IMG/VR virus record: IMGVR_UViG_3300020727_000067
Location: 1 to 27,580 of that record
Reading direction: 5' to 3' (one strand)
Length of the DNA stretch: 27,580 nt
DNA from: a virus
Taxonomy: Duplodnaviria; Caudoviricetes
Shown: one piece after another, positions 9,661 to 18,260 of the stretch
Layout of the letters: each line of letters starts with the position of its first letter
How positions within the stretch are numbered: position 1 is the first letter of the stretch
The notes under the pieces: model-generated
The model's database searches: none
Seen by the model: the letters and a program-made list of their open reading frames with translations, nothing else
What the model was told of the DNA's origin: nothing
Translations under genes and position numbers: made by a program

Positions 9661-10023
9661 TTACTTTTTTTGACTATCGCCCGGCATTACTCGATAGTTG
9701 TCTTCTACACTATCTGGAGTGCTAACTTCGATTATCACGCCTTCTTCGAGGCAAGTTAGTCGGTGTGGTAACAGTGGAGGATTGTGCCATGTGTTACCTT
9801 CGGACAAAATTTCAGTATGTACTCTAGCATTTGAAGTATCAATGTACTCTACTTCAAATTTTCCACTCAAAATGTACCAACTTTCGTCCTTTTCGCTATG
9901 AAAATGCATGGAAAATCGAGCATTTTTGTTAAATTTCATCAATTTTCCGCAATACTTGTCATTGGTAGCCCAAATATTTTCGTAGCCCCATCCTTTTTCG
10001 ACAAATCCGGTCAATCTAGTCAT
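9661..10023 (-). CDS. Cupin (sugar isomerase-like)
   Basis: KGWGYE, SMHFHSEKDESWYILSG, PPLLPHRL, IEVST. Confidence 0.8.
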   Translation of the reverse strand: MTRLTGFVEKGWGYENIWATNDKYCGKLMKFNKNARFSMHFHSEKDESWYILSGKFEVEYIDTSNARVHTEILSEGNTWHNPPLLPHRLTCLEEGVIIEVSTPDSVEDNYRVMPGDSQKK

Positions 10024-10781
10024 TGTATTTCCTCTAATTTTGGTGCATACACACCTGTATGCTGCACAGAAACTGCGCCAGCTTTGATAGCAAACTTAAT
10101 TGCTTCTTTAATATCTTTGGTTTTCAGGTATTGATACGCTAGAGCAGCGGTAAATGTGTCACCTGCACCGCAAACGTCTACAACTTCTGTTGCAGGCGCA
10201 GGATATTTTACGTTATCGTGTTCTGCGCCCTGTTCTCCGCGCGTTACAATAAGGTCTGTGCATACACTAGTAGCTGCTGCGCGCTCGTGTGCATTTACTT
10301 TAACGTAGCAACCTTCAAAATATTCTAGATCTGGCTTTTTGGTATCTACAAATATAGGTCCATCAAAATGATCACGTAGATCTCTAATCAATGTGTAGCT
10401 AACGTAACCTTTTTCGTAATCACTGACTACAATTGCGTCATAATCTTGAGTTAAATCGATATCATCGAATAACAATGGTTGGCTGGCTACATCTTCATCC
10501 ATGCGTAGCAAATGTTGTCTAGATCTAGAATCAATTACTCGAGTTTTTGTGCTAGAGATGCCGTGCATACACGTTACTGTGCATCCTAAGTTTAATAGAT
10601 TGTTTTTGACATTTGATACCATGCCTGGTCGATTCTCAACGTGTGTAAACCGGAAAATCGGAACAGGAGCCTCTGGACTTATACGGTCTACTACGCCGTA
10701 TTGATACACATCAGTACAATTATCACCGATTAGTAATATCTTGAATTTTTTTGGTTGTCGAGAATTCTTCGAGTCTTTCAT
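10020..10781 (-). CDS. PfkB/RfaE domain I sugar kinase (HldA-like heptose-7-P kinase)
   Basis: LIGDNCTDVYQYGVVDRISPEAPVP, VSDYEKG, VDVCGAGDTF. Confidence 0.88.
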   Translation of the reverse strand: MKDSKNSRQPKKFKILLIGDNCTDVYQYGVVDRISPEAPVPIFRFTHVENRPGMVSNVKNNLLNLGCTVTCMHGISSTKTRVIDSRSRQHLLRMDEDVASQPLLFDDIDLTQDYDAIVVSDYEKGYVSYTLIRDLRDHFDGPIFVDTKKPDLEYFEGCYVKVNAHERAAATSVCTDLIVTRGEQGAEHDNVKYPAPATEVVDVCGAGDTFTAALAYQYLKTKDIKEAIKFAIKAGAVSVQHTGVYAPKLEEIQ

Positions 10782-11127
10782 AAAAATCTATTTCTTTACA
10801 ATATTCTGCGCCGATTATTGGCTTGTCTTTATAGTCGCTGCCCTTGACCATTATGTCAGGTTCGAACCCACGAATGATATCGGCAAGCTCTTGATCGCTT
10901 TTGAAAGTATTTACAGCATCTACATAGCGGAGAGCCTGTAACATGGTTCGACGCTCTTCTTGCGTATTAACAGGTCGGCCAGGACCTTTGAGTTCTCGAA
11001 CTCGTTTATCGGAATCAATTAGCACATAAACAAATGCGTCGGGATATGCAGTTTTTGCATGTCGGAGCAATTCAATGTGTCCGACATGCAAAATATCAAA
11101 TGTGCCGTTTACTACGACTTTAGTCAT
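10723..11127 (-). CDS. RfaE domain II nucleotidyltransferase (HldC-like)
   Basis: NGTFDILHVGH (HxGH), DSDKRVRELKGPGRPVN, VKGSDY, FSTTKKI. Confidence 0.88.
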   Translation of the reverse strand: MTKVVVNGTFDILHVGHIELLRHAKTAYPDAFVYVLIDSDKRVRELKGPGRPVNTQEERRTMLQALRYVDAVNTFKSDQELADIIRGFEPDIMVKGSDYKDKPIIGAEYCKEIDFYERLEEFSTTKKIQDITNR

Positions 11128-11629
11128 TGCCTTGAACAATGCCCTTAAGAATATCCAAGGTTTCTAAAAGATCACCTTTGTGCAAGATTCCCTTACCGTC
11201 AACATTTTCCCATTCAATGATATTGCTGGGCTTATCATCGATCAGGATATCACCGGTCTTGCAGTGATCCTTTTTGTTCTTGGCAAACGGACCAAAGTGA
11301 ACAGGAATATCCGGGTAATACTTTTGGCCCCATAGCACCTTGTCGTAGAATGCCCAGTGAACATCGTTACCCTTGGGTACAGCAGTTAGGAACAGGAGTT
11401 TGTAATTACGTGTATCCCTAAGGTAACGACAGTATTCGACTAGCGCATCTGCTTCTTTGGTCTTTTCAAGCAGTCCATAGATGCGAGGATCGCGGATAAT
11501 GCTAGACCAAACTTCGTCGGGCCAGCGACCATCTGGAGCAGGCTGTCCGAGGACCTTGCTTGCATAGCCGTCAAAGTCGGCAACTACGCCGTCCATATCA
11601 AGAAAAAGGGTTGCTCGGGTAGTGGTCAT
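11120..11629 (-). CDS. HAD-family phosphatase (5'(3')-deoxyribonucleotidase-like)
   Basis: LFLDMDGVVADF motif I, FLTA motif II, ILIDDKPSNI motif IV. Confidence 0.85.
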   Translation of the reverse strand: MTTTRATLFLDMDGVVADFDGYASKVLGQPAPDGRWPDEVWSSIIRDPRIYGLLEKTKEADALVEYCRYLRDTRNYKLLFLTAVPKGNDVHWAFYDKVLWGQKYYPDIPVHFGPFAKNKKDHCKTGDILIDDKPSNIIEWENVDGKGILHKGDLLETLDILKGIVQGND

Positions 11630-11657
11630 AAAGTTGCTTTCTATATCTGTGTTAAAA

Positions 11658-11665
11658 TATAAATA
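11658..11665 (+). promoter_or_regulatory. T4-type late promoter box for the GIY-YIG gene
   Basis: TATAAATA about 95 nt upstream of ATG 11760. Confidence 0.5.
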
Positions 11666-11666
11666 T

Positions 11667-11695
11667 ATTATACAATTTTTGTTTTATCAAGTCAA
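11667..11695 (-). promoter_or_regulatory. sigma70-type promoter
   Basis: TTGACT-17-TATAAT. Confidence 0.8.
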
Positions 11696-11702
11696 CAAAA
11701 AA

Positions 11703-11759
11703 GTCCTTCGCGGTTCGGCAAAACCCAAGGACACTAACGGTTATAAAGGAACTATCAGC
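11703..11759 (+). promoter_or_regulatory. Structured 5' leader of the endonuclease gene, copy A
   Basis: GTCCTT-CGC-GGTT-loop-AACC-C-AAGGAC followed by ACTAACGGTTATAAAGGAACTATCAGC; same architecture at 18261-18320. Confidence 0.65.
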
Positions 11760-12503
11760 ATGACTATTTATTTGTACGTCAAAACTCACAATAAAACTGG
11801 GTTAAAATATCTCGGAAAAACAGAATCAAAAGATCCGCACAAATATCGAGGATCTGGAAAACGTTGGACCTATCATATCAAAAAGCATGGATATGATGTA
11901 ACTACAGAAATTTTAAAAGAATGTGCAACCGCTCAGGAAGTAACCGAATGGGGAATTTATTATAGTAAATTATGGGATATAGTTAATAGCACCATGTGGG
12001 CCAATTTAACTTTAGAACAAGGATCAGGCGGCAGTATCAATAAAGGGAAAAAATTTGGTCCTTTATCAGATGAACATAAATCTAAAATAAGTCACAAATT
12101 AAAAGGTATATCCCGATCGATCGAATTTAAAAATAAAATTAGTGAATCACATAAAGGTAAAACATTATCATCTGAAACAAAGAAAAAAATTTCAGATTTC
12201 CGAAAGGAGAAATATGTTGGAGAGTTAAATCCGATGTATGGAAAGGTCCATTCAGCTGCCGTGAAAACGGCTTCAGGCATTCGCCGAGCAAAAACGAATT
12301 CTGAAAGAAGTTGGTACAATAACGGCATAGAGACCAGATTTCTTAAAGAATGCCCAGAGGGATGGACTAACGGAAGATTAAACCAGAAACCCACTACACT
12401 GGGAAACAAGTGGTATAATAATGGGGTAATAGCAGTCTGTGCTAAAGAAAAACCATTTGGTAATGAGTGGGTTTCTGGTATGTTACTTAAAAAGAAGCCT
12501 TAA
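11760..12503 (+). mobile_element. Free-standing GIY-YIG (Seg-like) homing endonuclease with NUMOD3-type repeats
   Basis: IYLYVKTHNKTGLKYLGKT...YRGSG...WANL; repeated SxEHKxKIS and NPMYGKVHS; opposite strand and AT-rich; start at ATG 11760 after AAGGA. Confidence 0.85.
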
Positions 12504-12504
12504 A

Positions 12505-12999
12505 TTAGCCATCATTCAAAAACGAATTAATCACAGTGATGTCGCGGAAACCTTCCTCATGAGAAGGAAACTGGAACGACGCCAGCATAGACTGAATTGC
12601 ATTCTCAGGAATGGTCTTACCAGGACGCGAATTCAGTCGACGATTCCACTCAGTCTTGTCTTCGGGATGATCGAACACAACAACATCGAACACATAGCCC
12701 TTGTTCTTCAAATAGTTGATGAACTTAGCACGGCTCTTGCGGCTCATGTTAGTACGATCGATGACGATATCATGACCAAACAACACAGCACGATCGATGT
12801 GGCGCCACATCACAGTTTCAGCGAATCCAATAAGATCCTTGAAAGCTTCGTTGTAGGTCATACCATATTCACGAGCAGTTTCCTCAATGACACGATCCGT
12901 GGACGCAATATAAGTATCGTCCTTCAACGGCTGATTGCTGATCCAAGTGCTCTTACCGGCGGCAGGCACACCAACGAGAATAGTACAAGTCTTGGTCAT
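12505..12999 (-). CDS. P-loop kinase (polynucleotide kinase / AAA_33-like)
   Basis: GVPAAGKSTW Walker A, STD, VIDRTN, RxxxR. Confidence 0.8.
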   Translation of the reverse strand: MTKTCTILVGVPAAGKSTWISNQPLKDDTYIASTDRVIEETAREYGMTYNEAFKDLIGFAETVMWRHIDRAVLFGHDIVIDRTNMSRKSRAKFINYLKNKGYVFDVVVFDHPEDKTEWNRRLNSRPGKTIPENAIQSMLASFQFPSHEEGFRDITVINSFLNDG

Positions 13000-13029
13000 C
13001 TTATTTCCTTTAAGTTGTTTATAAGATAT

Positions 13030-13058
13030 ATTATACTAGGTTTCCGTCGAGAATACAA
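13030..13058 (-). promoter_or_regulatory. sigma70-type promoter
   Basis: TTGTAT-17-TATAAT. Confidence 0.6.
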
Positions 13059-13063
13059 CTGAT

Positions 13064-13213
13064 TTATCGTTCTATCGCTTCCTTAAGAATCCTCAATGCA
13101 TTGTTTCTGCGTTGCATTGCAAACTCGTATGTGGGTCCCCAACCAAAGTCTTCTTCGTCAGGCCCGCATTCAAGCAATGAATCGTAGACACGCTGTAAGT
13201 CTTCAACTGTCAT
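13064..13213 (-). CDS. Small hypothetical protein (49 aa)
   Basis: Manual translation MTVEDLQRVYDSLLECGPDEEDFGWGPTYEFAMQRRNNALRILKEAIER; SD GGGGAG. Confidence 0.65.
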   Translation of the reverse strand: MTVEDLQRVYDSLLECGPDEEDFGWGPTYEFAMQRRNNALRILKEAIER

Positions 13214-13418
13214 TATTTTCTCCCCACGCCTTTTCTACAATATCCAAATTGCGTTTCGGTACAGTAGTTTGTTCATTAGACATAATATCTTGCACTAAAA
13301 ACAGTCCAGATTTGCACTGCTTAATGACGATTGCTTTCTTGTTTATCCACTTTTTGTGAGTCATAGCAAGATCGCCGATGCTGTTGATGCTAACAGTCGT
13401 TCCAGGCTTAATCGTCAT
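13203..13418 (-). CDS. Small hypothetical protein (71 aa)
   Basis: Start at MTIKPGTT keeps the overlap with the upstream gene short. Confidence 0.6.
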   Translation of the reverse strand: MTIKPGTTVSINSIGDLAMTHKKWINKKAIVIKQCKSGLFLVQDIMSNEQTTVPKRNLDIVEKAWGENNDS

Positions 13419-13680
13419 ACCCATCACTCCATTCTTCGCGCATTTGTCTACGAAAGTCTTCTTCACGCTTGCGATCTTCCTCGGCCCATTTACGCTTACA
13501 CATAGCATCATAGACTTCATTAGCGCCACTGCCCCAATAGTTGCATTCTAGACCGCAATCGGGGCAGTGTTCACGACTCAACGTTTCTTTGAACCTAGTG
13601 CTTCTGCAGTTTGGACACCGGCGATTATTTAATTTCTTGCCGGTGTCTGCCCAACCATTACGCTCGTTGTAGTACGACAT
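13408..13680 (-). CDS. Zn-ribbon small protein
   Basis: CPNC...CPDC; TAATG coupling to the ligase. Confidence 0.7.
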   Translation of the reverse strand: MSYYNERNGWADTGKKLNNRRCPNCRSTRFKETLSREHCPDCGLECNYWGSGANEVYDAMCKRKWAEEDRKREEDFRRQMREEWSDGYDD

Positions 13681-14570
13681 TATGCAGTTTCCAGCACTTC
13701 ACGTACCCAAGCAAGACGATTCTGCTCGTCCATTGCGGTGTATTCCACAATATTAGCGCGGATCTTGTCAACCAGCGGATAATACTCCTCGTCGATCTGT
13801 TGCTTGATCTGATCACTCATTAACTTGTCAGTGCGCGGATTGCGGGCAACCCACTTGCTGGTCAAGTAGTACGGAGACTTGATCTTAGCAGCAACACCGT
13901 CTTCGGTGTAGAATACAAACCCTTCATGACGGACATTTTTTACTACCTTGAGCAGATCACCTACAGTAGTGCGAGCGCCTATAACAGGCAAGCAACCAAA
14001 CTGGATACCAAATACTGCAAGAGCATGTGAATCCAACTTCACCGGGCTATCCCATTCCTTCAAACGGTAGCCGATCAAGTACATACCTTCCTGCTCAGGA
14101 ATGATGTGCGGATCGTTGCGATGCACACATTCAAACATAAAAGTCAGGCGCGGATTTGCGCGGCAAATTTCACGATACACATTGACATCGATCAGTTCAC
14201 GTGCCATTGCACAGAAGTCACTGTCTAAGCTACCAGTAGTGGACACAAGGATATCTCCGTCATGCCAAGTAACAGCAACCATGAAACCGTTGATCTTGCG
14301 ATACGCATCAACAACAGTATCGTCGCTGAGCTTAGGCGCCTTCTTCTCGACGCCGTAGTTGTAGACCTTGGTAAACGGACGAGAAATCACATTGAAATCG
14401 CGATCGATTACAGTGCCACGACATTCCTCAAGGAAGCGATTCCACAGGTCGTCGTAGAACACCCGCTTAGTGTACTTGAGCACAAACAGACCGGGATATG
14501 CGTCGCTTTCGCGCATCTTAACCAGCTTGGGATTCTTTTCAACCCAATTCTTAAGTTCGATCTTGTTCAT
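13680..14570 (-). CDS. RNA ligase, T4 Rnl1-like
   Basis: ECRG, SRPFTKVYN, motif I KINGF, FECVH, motif IV EGFV, motif V KIKSPYY. Confidence 0.85.
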   Translation of the reverse strand: MNKIELKNWVEKNPKLVKMRESDAYPGLFVLKYTKRVFYDDLWNRFLEECRGTVIDRDFNVISRPFTKVYNYGVEKKAPKLSDDTVVDAYRKINGFMVAVTWHDGDILVSTTGSLDSDFCAMARELIDVNVYREICRANPRLTFMFECVHRNDPHIIPEQEGMYLIGYRLKEWDSPVKLDSHALAVFGIQFGCLPVIGARTTVGDLLKVVKNVRHEGFVFYTEDGVAAKIKSPYYLTSKWVARNPRTDKLMSDQIKQQIDEEYYPLVDKIRANIVEYTAMDEQNRLAWVREVLETA

Positions 14571-14599
14571 GTCTGTGTCCTTGTGTTGTTTATTAGCGC

Positions 14600-14628
14600 A
14601 TTATATAGACAATTCTAACGTATGTCAA
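14600..14628 (-). promoter_or_regulatory. sigma70-type promoter
   Basis: Perfect TTGACA-17-TATAAT. Confidence 0.85.
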
Positions 14629-15161
14629 TGGTGCTTCATTGGATCAACAAGTTTCATCTTCTGAATAACTTCATCTAACTCAACTACAATTTTTCCAGTT
14701 GCATCATATCCTACATCCATAATCCTTCCTGGAATACCAGTGGGCTGACCATGACGGTGGCCATGTAACATAATGCTACCATGCCCTGCTCGATTATGAT
14801 CAAATACTGGATAGTGGAACATCACTACAAAAGTCTTGTTATAAGTCATTTCATAATAAACATGGATTTCCTTGAAGCAACGACGAAACACCGGATCTTT
14901 TAGCATCTTGCGGTCGTGGTTGCCTTCGATTAGAATCTTATCGCCGTTTAGCTGATTCAGAATCTCAACCGCCTTGTTAGTAGGTGCGAACGCAACGTCG
15001 CCCAGGATGTATACAGTGTCCTCTGCGGCAACCTTGGCATTCCACTCGCGAATCATGCTCTGATTCATATCTTCGACGTCCTTATAAGGACGAGTTTCAG
15101 GGCAGAACTTCATTATATTCTGGTGGAAGAAATGGAGATCACTGGTCACATAGGTTTTCAT
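14625..15161 (-). CDS. Calcineurin-like metallophosphoesterase
   Basis: TSDLHF, LGDV, GNHD, HYP, HGHRH. Confidence 0.9.
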   Translation of the reverse strand: MKTYVTSDLHFFHQNIMKFCPETRPYKDVEDMNQSMIREWNAKVAAEDTVYILGDVAFAPTNKAVEILNQLNGDKILIEGNHDRKMLKDPVFRRCFKEIHVYYEMTYNKTFVVMFHYPVFDHNRAGHGSIMLHGHRHGQPTGIPGRIMDVGYDATGKIVVELDEVIQKMKLVDPMKHH

Positions 15162-15191
15162 ATCTAATTCCTTATTATCTATCTACTGCTT

Positions 15192-15220
15192 AATATACTA
15201 GATTAAAGTAATTTAGTCAA
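15192..15220 (-). promoter_or_regulatory. sigma70-type promoter
   Basis: TTGACT-17-TATATT directly after the terminator. Confidence 0.7.
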
Positions 15221-15221
15221 G

Positions 15222-15255
15222 AAAAAAGCCCTGACAAATTAATGCCAGGGCTTTT
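15222..15255 (-). terminator. Intrinsic terminator, copy A
   Basis: AGCCCTGGCA-TTAATT-TGTCAGGGCT + U tract. Confidence 0.85.
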
Positions 15256-15258
15256 AAT

Positions 15259-15390
15259 TTAAATTTCCGGAGTATGCTTTTTGCGATGCTTGACCATAAA
15301 CCTGCCAAACAACACTGAAGTTAGCACAACTCCTGCAATAAAGCTGAAAAAATTGACTTCAAGTGCGCTAGTGACTGCTGTGCAAAGCAT
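15259..15390 (-). CDS. Small membrane peptide (43 aa)
   Basis: MLCTAVTSALEVNFFSFIAGVVLTSVLFGRFMVKHRKKHTPEI; SD GAGG. Confidence 0.55.
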   Translation of the reverse strand: MLCTAVTSALEVNFFSFIAGVVLTSVLFGRFMVKHRKKHTPEI

Positions 15391-15391
15391 G

Positions 15392-16051
15392 TTAGTTGCC
15401 TCGGATCATCTTGCGGATCTTAACAATGATCCACACAATTGCAGTGATTACAAGGATCAGGATTACAAGGTTAAGAAGTCCGTAAAAGATCATTCCAAAG
15501 AAACCTGGACCTTGATTCTGCGGTGCCTGCGCATACTGAACCTGGCCGGGATCACCCTGCATCGGAGCGCCTTGAGCCTGAGGAGCATATCCGCCACCGC
15601 TGTTAACAACTACAGGAGCCTGCTGACGATTGTGATCAAACATCCACAGCCAAAAGAACGGACTGCTAGTGAATCCACCGCCACCACCACCATATCCGCC
15701 ACCACCGTAGTAGTGATTATTCACTACCGGAGAAGAACGATAACCTCCGCCGTAATAAGGACTGCTTGAACGCGGCACTACCTGTGTCTGTGCAGGCTTT
15801 GCAGTGTTATAGCTGGCACCCGAGCTAAAACGCGGTGCTGTAGCAGGTGCTGCGGGTTTATAAGTGCTCTGATAGCTGCTGCTAGGGCGATAGCTGCTTC
15901 CTGAGCTGTAGCTGCTGCTACGATAGCTGCTGCCCGAGCTAAAGCTACTGCGACTGGAACTAAAGCTACTGCCACCACCAAACTTTCCAGCAAAAGCAGG
16001 CTGTGCAATCATAAGCGCAGCCATGGCGCCAATAACAAACTTCTTAAACAT
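15392..16051 (-). CDS. Signal-peptide, Gly/Ser-rich membrane-anchored protein
   Basis: Signal peptide ending PAFA, low-complexity SSSY repeats, C-terminal TM helix. Confidence 0.8.
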   Translation of the reverse strand: MFKKFVIGAMAALMIAQPAFAGKFGGGSSFSSSRSSFSSGSSYRSSSYSSGSSYRPSSSYQSTYKPAAPATAPRFSSGASYNTAKPAQTQVVPRSSSPYYGGGYRSSPVVNNHYYGGGGYGGGGGGFTSSPFFWLWMFDHNRQQAPVVVNSGGGYAPQAQGAPMQGDPGQVQYAQAPQNQGPGFFGMIFYGLLNLVILILVITAIVWIIVKIRKMIRGN

Positions 16052-16062
16052 ACAAATACTCC

Positions 16063-16290
16063 TTATTCAGCAGGGAGGATGGTGAGAATCTTGTCCAAAA
16101 TTTCTTTCTTGGATTCGAAACCCTTGGATTCGTCGAGTTCATTGAAATAATCGACGAGCTTGTTGAGGGTAGATTCCTTGCCCTCGAGGTACTCAATGTA
16201 ATTCTGAGCTTCGTCAACGACCTTGCCAATTACGTATGGCTGGGTAGAACGAATGTTATTAAAATCTTCAAACAAACCTTCGTAATTCAT
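16063..16290 (-). CDS. Hypothetical protein
   Basis: 75-aa ORF, SD AAGGA. Confidence 0.7.
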   Translation of the reverse strand: MNYEGLFEDFNNIRSTQPYVIGKVVDEAQNYIEYLEGKESTLNKLVDYFNELDESKGFESKKEILDKILTILPAE

Positions 16291-16302
16291 CTTAATTTCC
16301 TT

Positions 16303-16617
16303 TTACCAAGAACTATCGGAACCGCCGCCGCCAAAGTCGCCGCCACCTCCGCTGAAATCACTGGATCCGCTATCGTAGCTAGAACCACTGTCATAGGAAG
16401 AAGTGTCGGAGCTCATAATATCACTGATTACTTCAGCTGCGATGATTGTGTCGACGATATCCGGACCGGAGTCATAATTTGTATTGGACTCTACGGGCCT
16501 ACGAATTTCTTCGCGAAGCTCTAGACGACGTGCTGCACTCTTAGGTGGAGCCGGCGGCATAGTTGGTGCTGCTGCCAAGTTCTTGTATTCCTTCTTACGC
16601 TTAAAAAATGAAAACAT
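16303..16617 (-). CDS. Hypothetical protein with a Gly/Ser-rich tail
   Basis: Ends DFSGGGGDFGGGGSDSSW. Confidence 0.7.
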   Translation of the reverse strand: MFSFFKRKKEYKNLAAAPTMPPAPPKSAARRLELREEIRRPVESNTNYDSGPDIVDTIIAAEVISDIMSSDTSSYDSGSSYDSGSSDFSGGGGDFGGGGSDSSW

Positions 16618-16648
16618 TAACAAGTTTCCTTTTGCTGTTTACTTCTAC

Positions 16649-16677
16649 AGTATAGTAGACTTTAGTAGGTATGTCAA
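16649..16677 (-). promoter_or_regulatory. sigma70-type promoter
   Basis: TTGACA-17-TATACT. Confidence 0.8.
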
Positions 16678-16681
16678 GCAC

Positions 16682-16717
16682 AAAAAAAGGTCCTGACAAA
16701 TTAATGCCAGGACCTTT
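16682..16717 (-). terminator. Intrinsic terminator, copy B (ends the Ro60-like transcript)
   Basis: AGGTCCTGGCA-TTAATT-TGTCAGGACCT + U tract. Confidence 0.85.
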
Positions 16718-16725
16718 ATTGTTAC

Positions 16726-18150
16726 TTAAATGTCATAACGCGGAATCATAACGGTTTTGAGACAAATGCCTTCTGGTGTGAAGTCAGTCATATCAGCTGC
16801 AAGCAGTGCCTTAACAATGCTTGGGCTGAAACCACTGACCAATGCAGCACCCGACTTATCTGCCTTTACAGGCACATTGTCGCTGGAGTTGATGTTCCAG
16901 AACACAACCTGCGGAACAGTGTAACCTGCATCAGCATACTTGCGTTCGATCATCTGCATTGCAGTGTCATCGTGCCCTCGGCAACAGTCGAATTGCATAT
17001 CACTGAGCACCAAAAGGATCTCAGGCATTTCGTGCTGCGGCACGTTGTTAGCGACCGCAACAGACAGGATCTTGTCAAATGCTCGGTGCAAGTTGGTGTT
17101 CATTTCCCACTTGCTCTTAACCATCTGGTTGATCTTGTCAATGACGTTGCCCTTGAGAGTGATCAGGTCCGGAGAACCGCTGAAAGTAAGGAACGTATCC
17201 TTGAACTTACCGCTGTTCTTGTCTGCAAGATACAGACCCAGCGAAACTGCAACTTCAAGGCAAGTAGTTTCACTCTTTGAGTTGTGGCCACCTGCTCGAC
17301 AAGTCATAGAACCCGAAACGTCAACAAGTGGAAGAATGTTAGCATCACCGACAAAGTCAGGCAACGCATCCCACTGTGCTACGATGTGATCAAGTTCAGT
17401 CTTCGACTTAGAAGTAGTACCGTACGCACTTACTACGCCCTTAAGGACATCGTAAGGGTAAACTGCACCGGCGTTGACCTTAACAGTCGGATCCTTCTTG
17501 ATCAACTTAGCCACATACTCGGCAAACTTTGGAGTGTGACGAGTAAACGCCTTCTTGTAGCGCGAAGCTGCAAGCGAAGGAACGTGGTTGAAGTTGATGT
17601 TGTCCCAATCCTTGGCACACATCTGAGTTTCGACGACCTTGGTCAAGTTGACCAGAGTCTTACGATACTGCTTAGGGCTCATACCGAGTGCAGCACGAAG
17701 TTCAGCTGCAACAGCGCCCTTACGCGGCATCCACTTGGCACAAAGACCGTTACTGGCAGCAAGTGCTTCGGCGATCAATGCGTATGCTTCGACCTTGAGA
17801 TCAGTGGTAGTGAAGACCAGCAAGTCGTCCCAACGACCGATTTCCGGTACCTTGGCAAGCAGTGCCTTTGCAGCATCCGTGTCAGTCTTTTCAAGATGTA
17901 CAAGGATGTCACGGAACAGCGTACGTTCACCTGCACCACCACGAGCATCACGTGCCCACTGTGCAATACGCAGAGCAATTTCGCGGTTTTCCACAAAAGC
18001 TGCGGTAAAGGCAGGAACAATGTTCTTGCCACGGCTTGCGCCGATGCCGTAGAAAAGTGAAACACAAGAATTTCCTGTAGATGCAAGTGCTCGCATTCCA
18101 TTTGCAGTTCTTGCCTCTTGATTTGCAACTGCTTCGATAAACGTACTCAT
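16726..18150 (-). CDS. TROVE/Ro60-like RNA-binding protein with a C-terminal vWA domain (DUF2828-type)
   Basis: RDARGGAGER, GRWDDLL, AKWMPRK, YRKTL, GAVYPYD, MIDAS DVSGSM, FLTFS, LSDMQFD, VFWN, LVSGFS. Confidence 0.8.
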   Translation of the reverse strand: MSTFIEAVANQEARTANGMRALASTGNSCVSLFYGIGASRGKNIVPAFTAAFVENREIALRIAQWARDARGGAGERTLFRDILVHLEKTDTDAAKALLAKVPEIGRWDDLLVFTTTDLKVEAYALIAEALAASNGLCAKWMPRKGAVAAELRAALGMSPKQYRKTLVNLTKVVETQMCAKDWDNINFNHVPSLAASRYKKAFTRHTPKFAEYVAKLIKKDPTVKVNAGAVYPYDVLKGVVSAYGTTSKSKTELDHIVAQWDALPDFVGDANILPLVDVSGSMTCRAGGHNSKSETTCLEVAVSLGLYLADKNSGKFKDTFLTFSGSPDLITLKGNVIDKINQMVKSKWEMNTNLHRAFDKILSVAVANNVPQHEMPEILLVLSDMQFDCCRGHDDTAMQMIERKYADAGYTVPQVVFWNINSSDNVPVKADKSGAALVSGFSPSIVKALLAADMTDFTPEGICLKTVMIPRYDI

Positions 18151-18163
18151 TATAACTTCCTTT

Positions 18164-18198
18164 CAGTCTAGGTTAAAAAATATTGCTGTTACTAAACT
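18164..18198 (-). promoter_or_regulatory. Stem + TAACAGCAA element in the 5' UTR of the Ro60-like gene (motif copy 1)
   Basis: AGTTTAG-TAACAGCAA-TATTTTTTAAC-CTAGACT-G immediately before SD AAAGGAAG. Confidence 0.6.
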
Positions 18199-18210
18199 AT
18201 CTATGTTGCA

Positions 18211-18239
18211 ATTATAGTAGAATTAATGTCTGGTGTCAA
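18211..18239 (-). promoter_or_regulatory. sigma70-type promoter of the Ro60-like gene
   Basis: Perfect TTGACA-17-TATAAT. Confidence 0.9.
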
Positions 18240-18247
18240 GCATAAAA

Positions 18248-18255
18248 TATAAATA
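18248..18255 (+). promoter_or_regulatory. T4-type late promoter box for the HNH gene
   Basis: TATAAATA 5 nt before the structured leader. Confidence 0.6.
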
Positions 18256-18260
18256 AAAGT

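Noticed and set aside
11703-11745. HDV-like (theta) ribozyme reading of the endonuclease leader because of CTAA after the stem
   Set aside because: No P2 pairing holds in both copies and no GG for P1.1
11622-11759. N-terminal extension of the GIY-YIG ORF
   Set aside because: Covers promoters and the structured leader; the SD and motif position favour ATG 11760
12439-13062. 207-aa plus-strand ORF
   Set aside because: Antisense to the P-loop kinase, no motifs
15860-15975. Short tandem AGCAGCTA-like repeats
   Set aside because: They encode the SSSY/SSSF low-complexity tract; not a CRISPR array (no constant repeat-spacer period)
16940-18128. Several long antisense and alternate-frame ORFs
   Set aside because: Explained by codon bias in the Ro60-like gene; no SD or motifs
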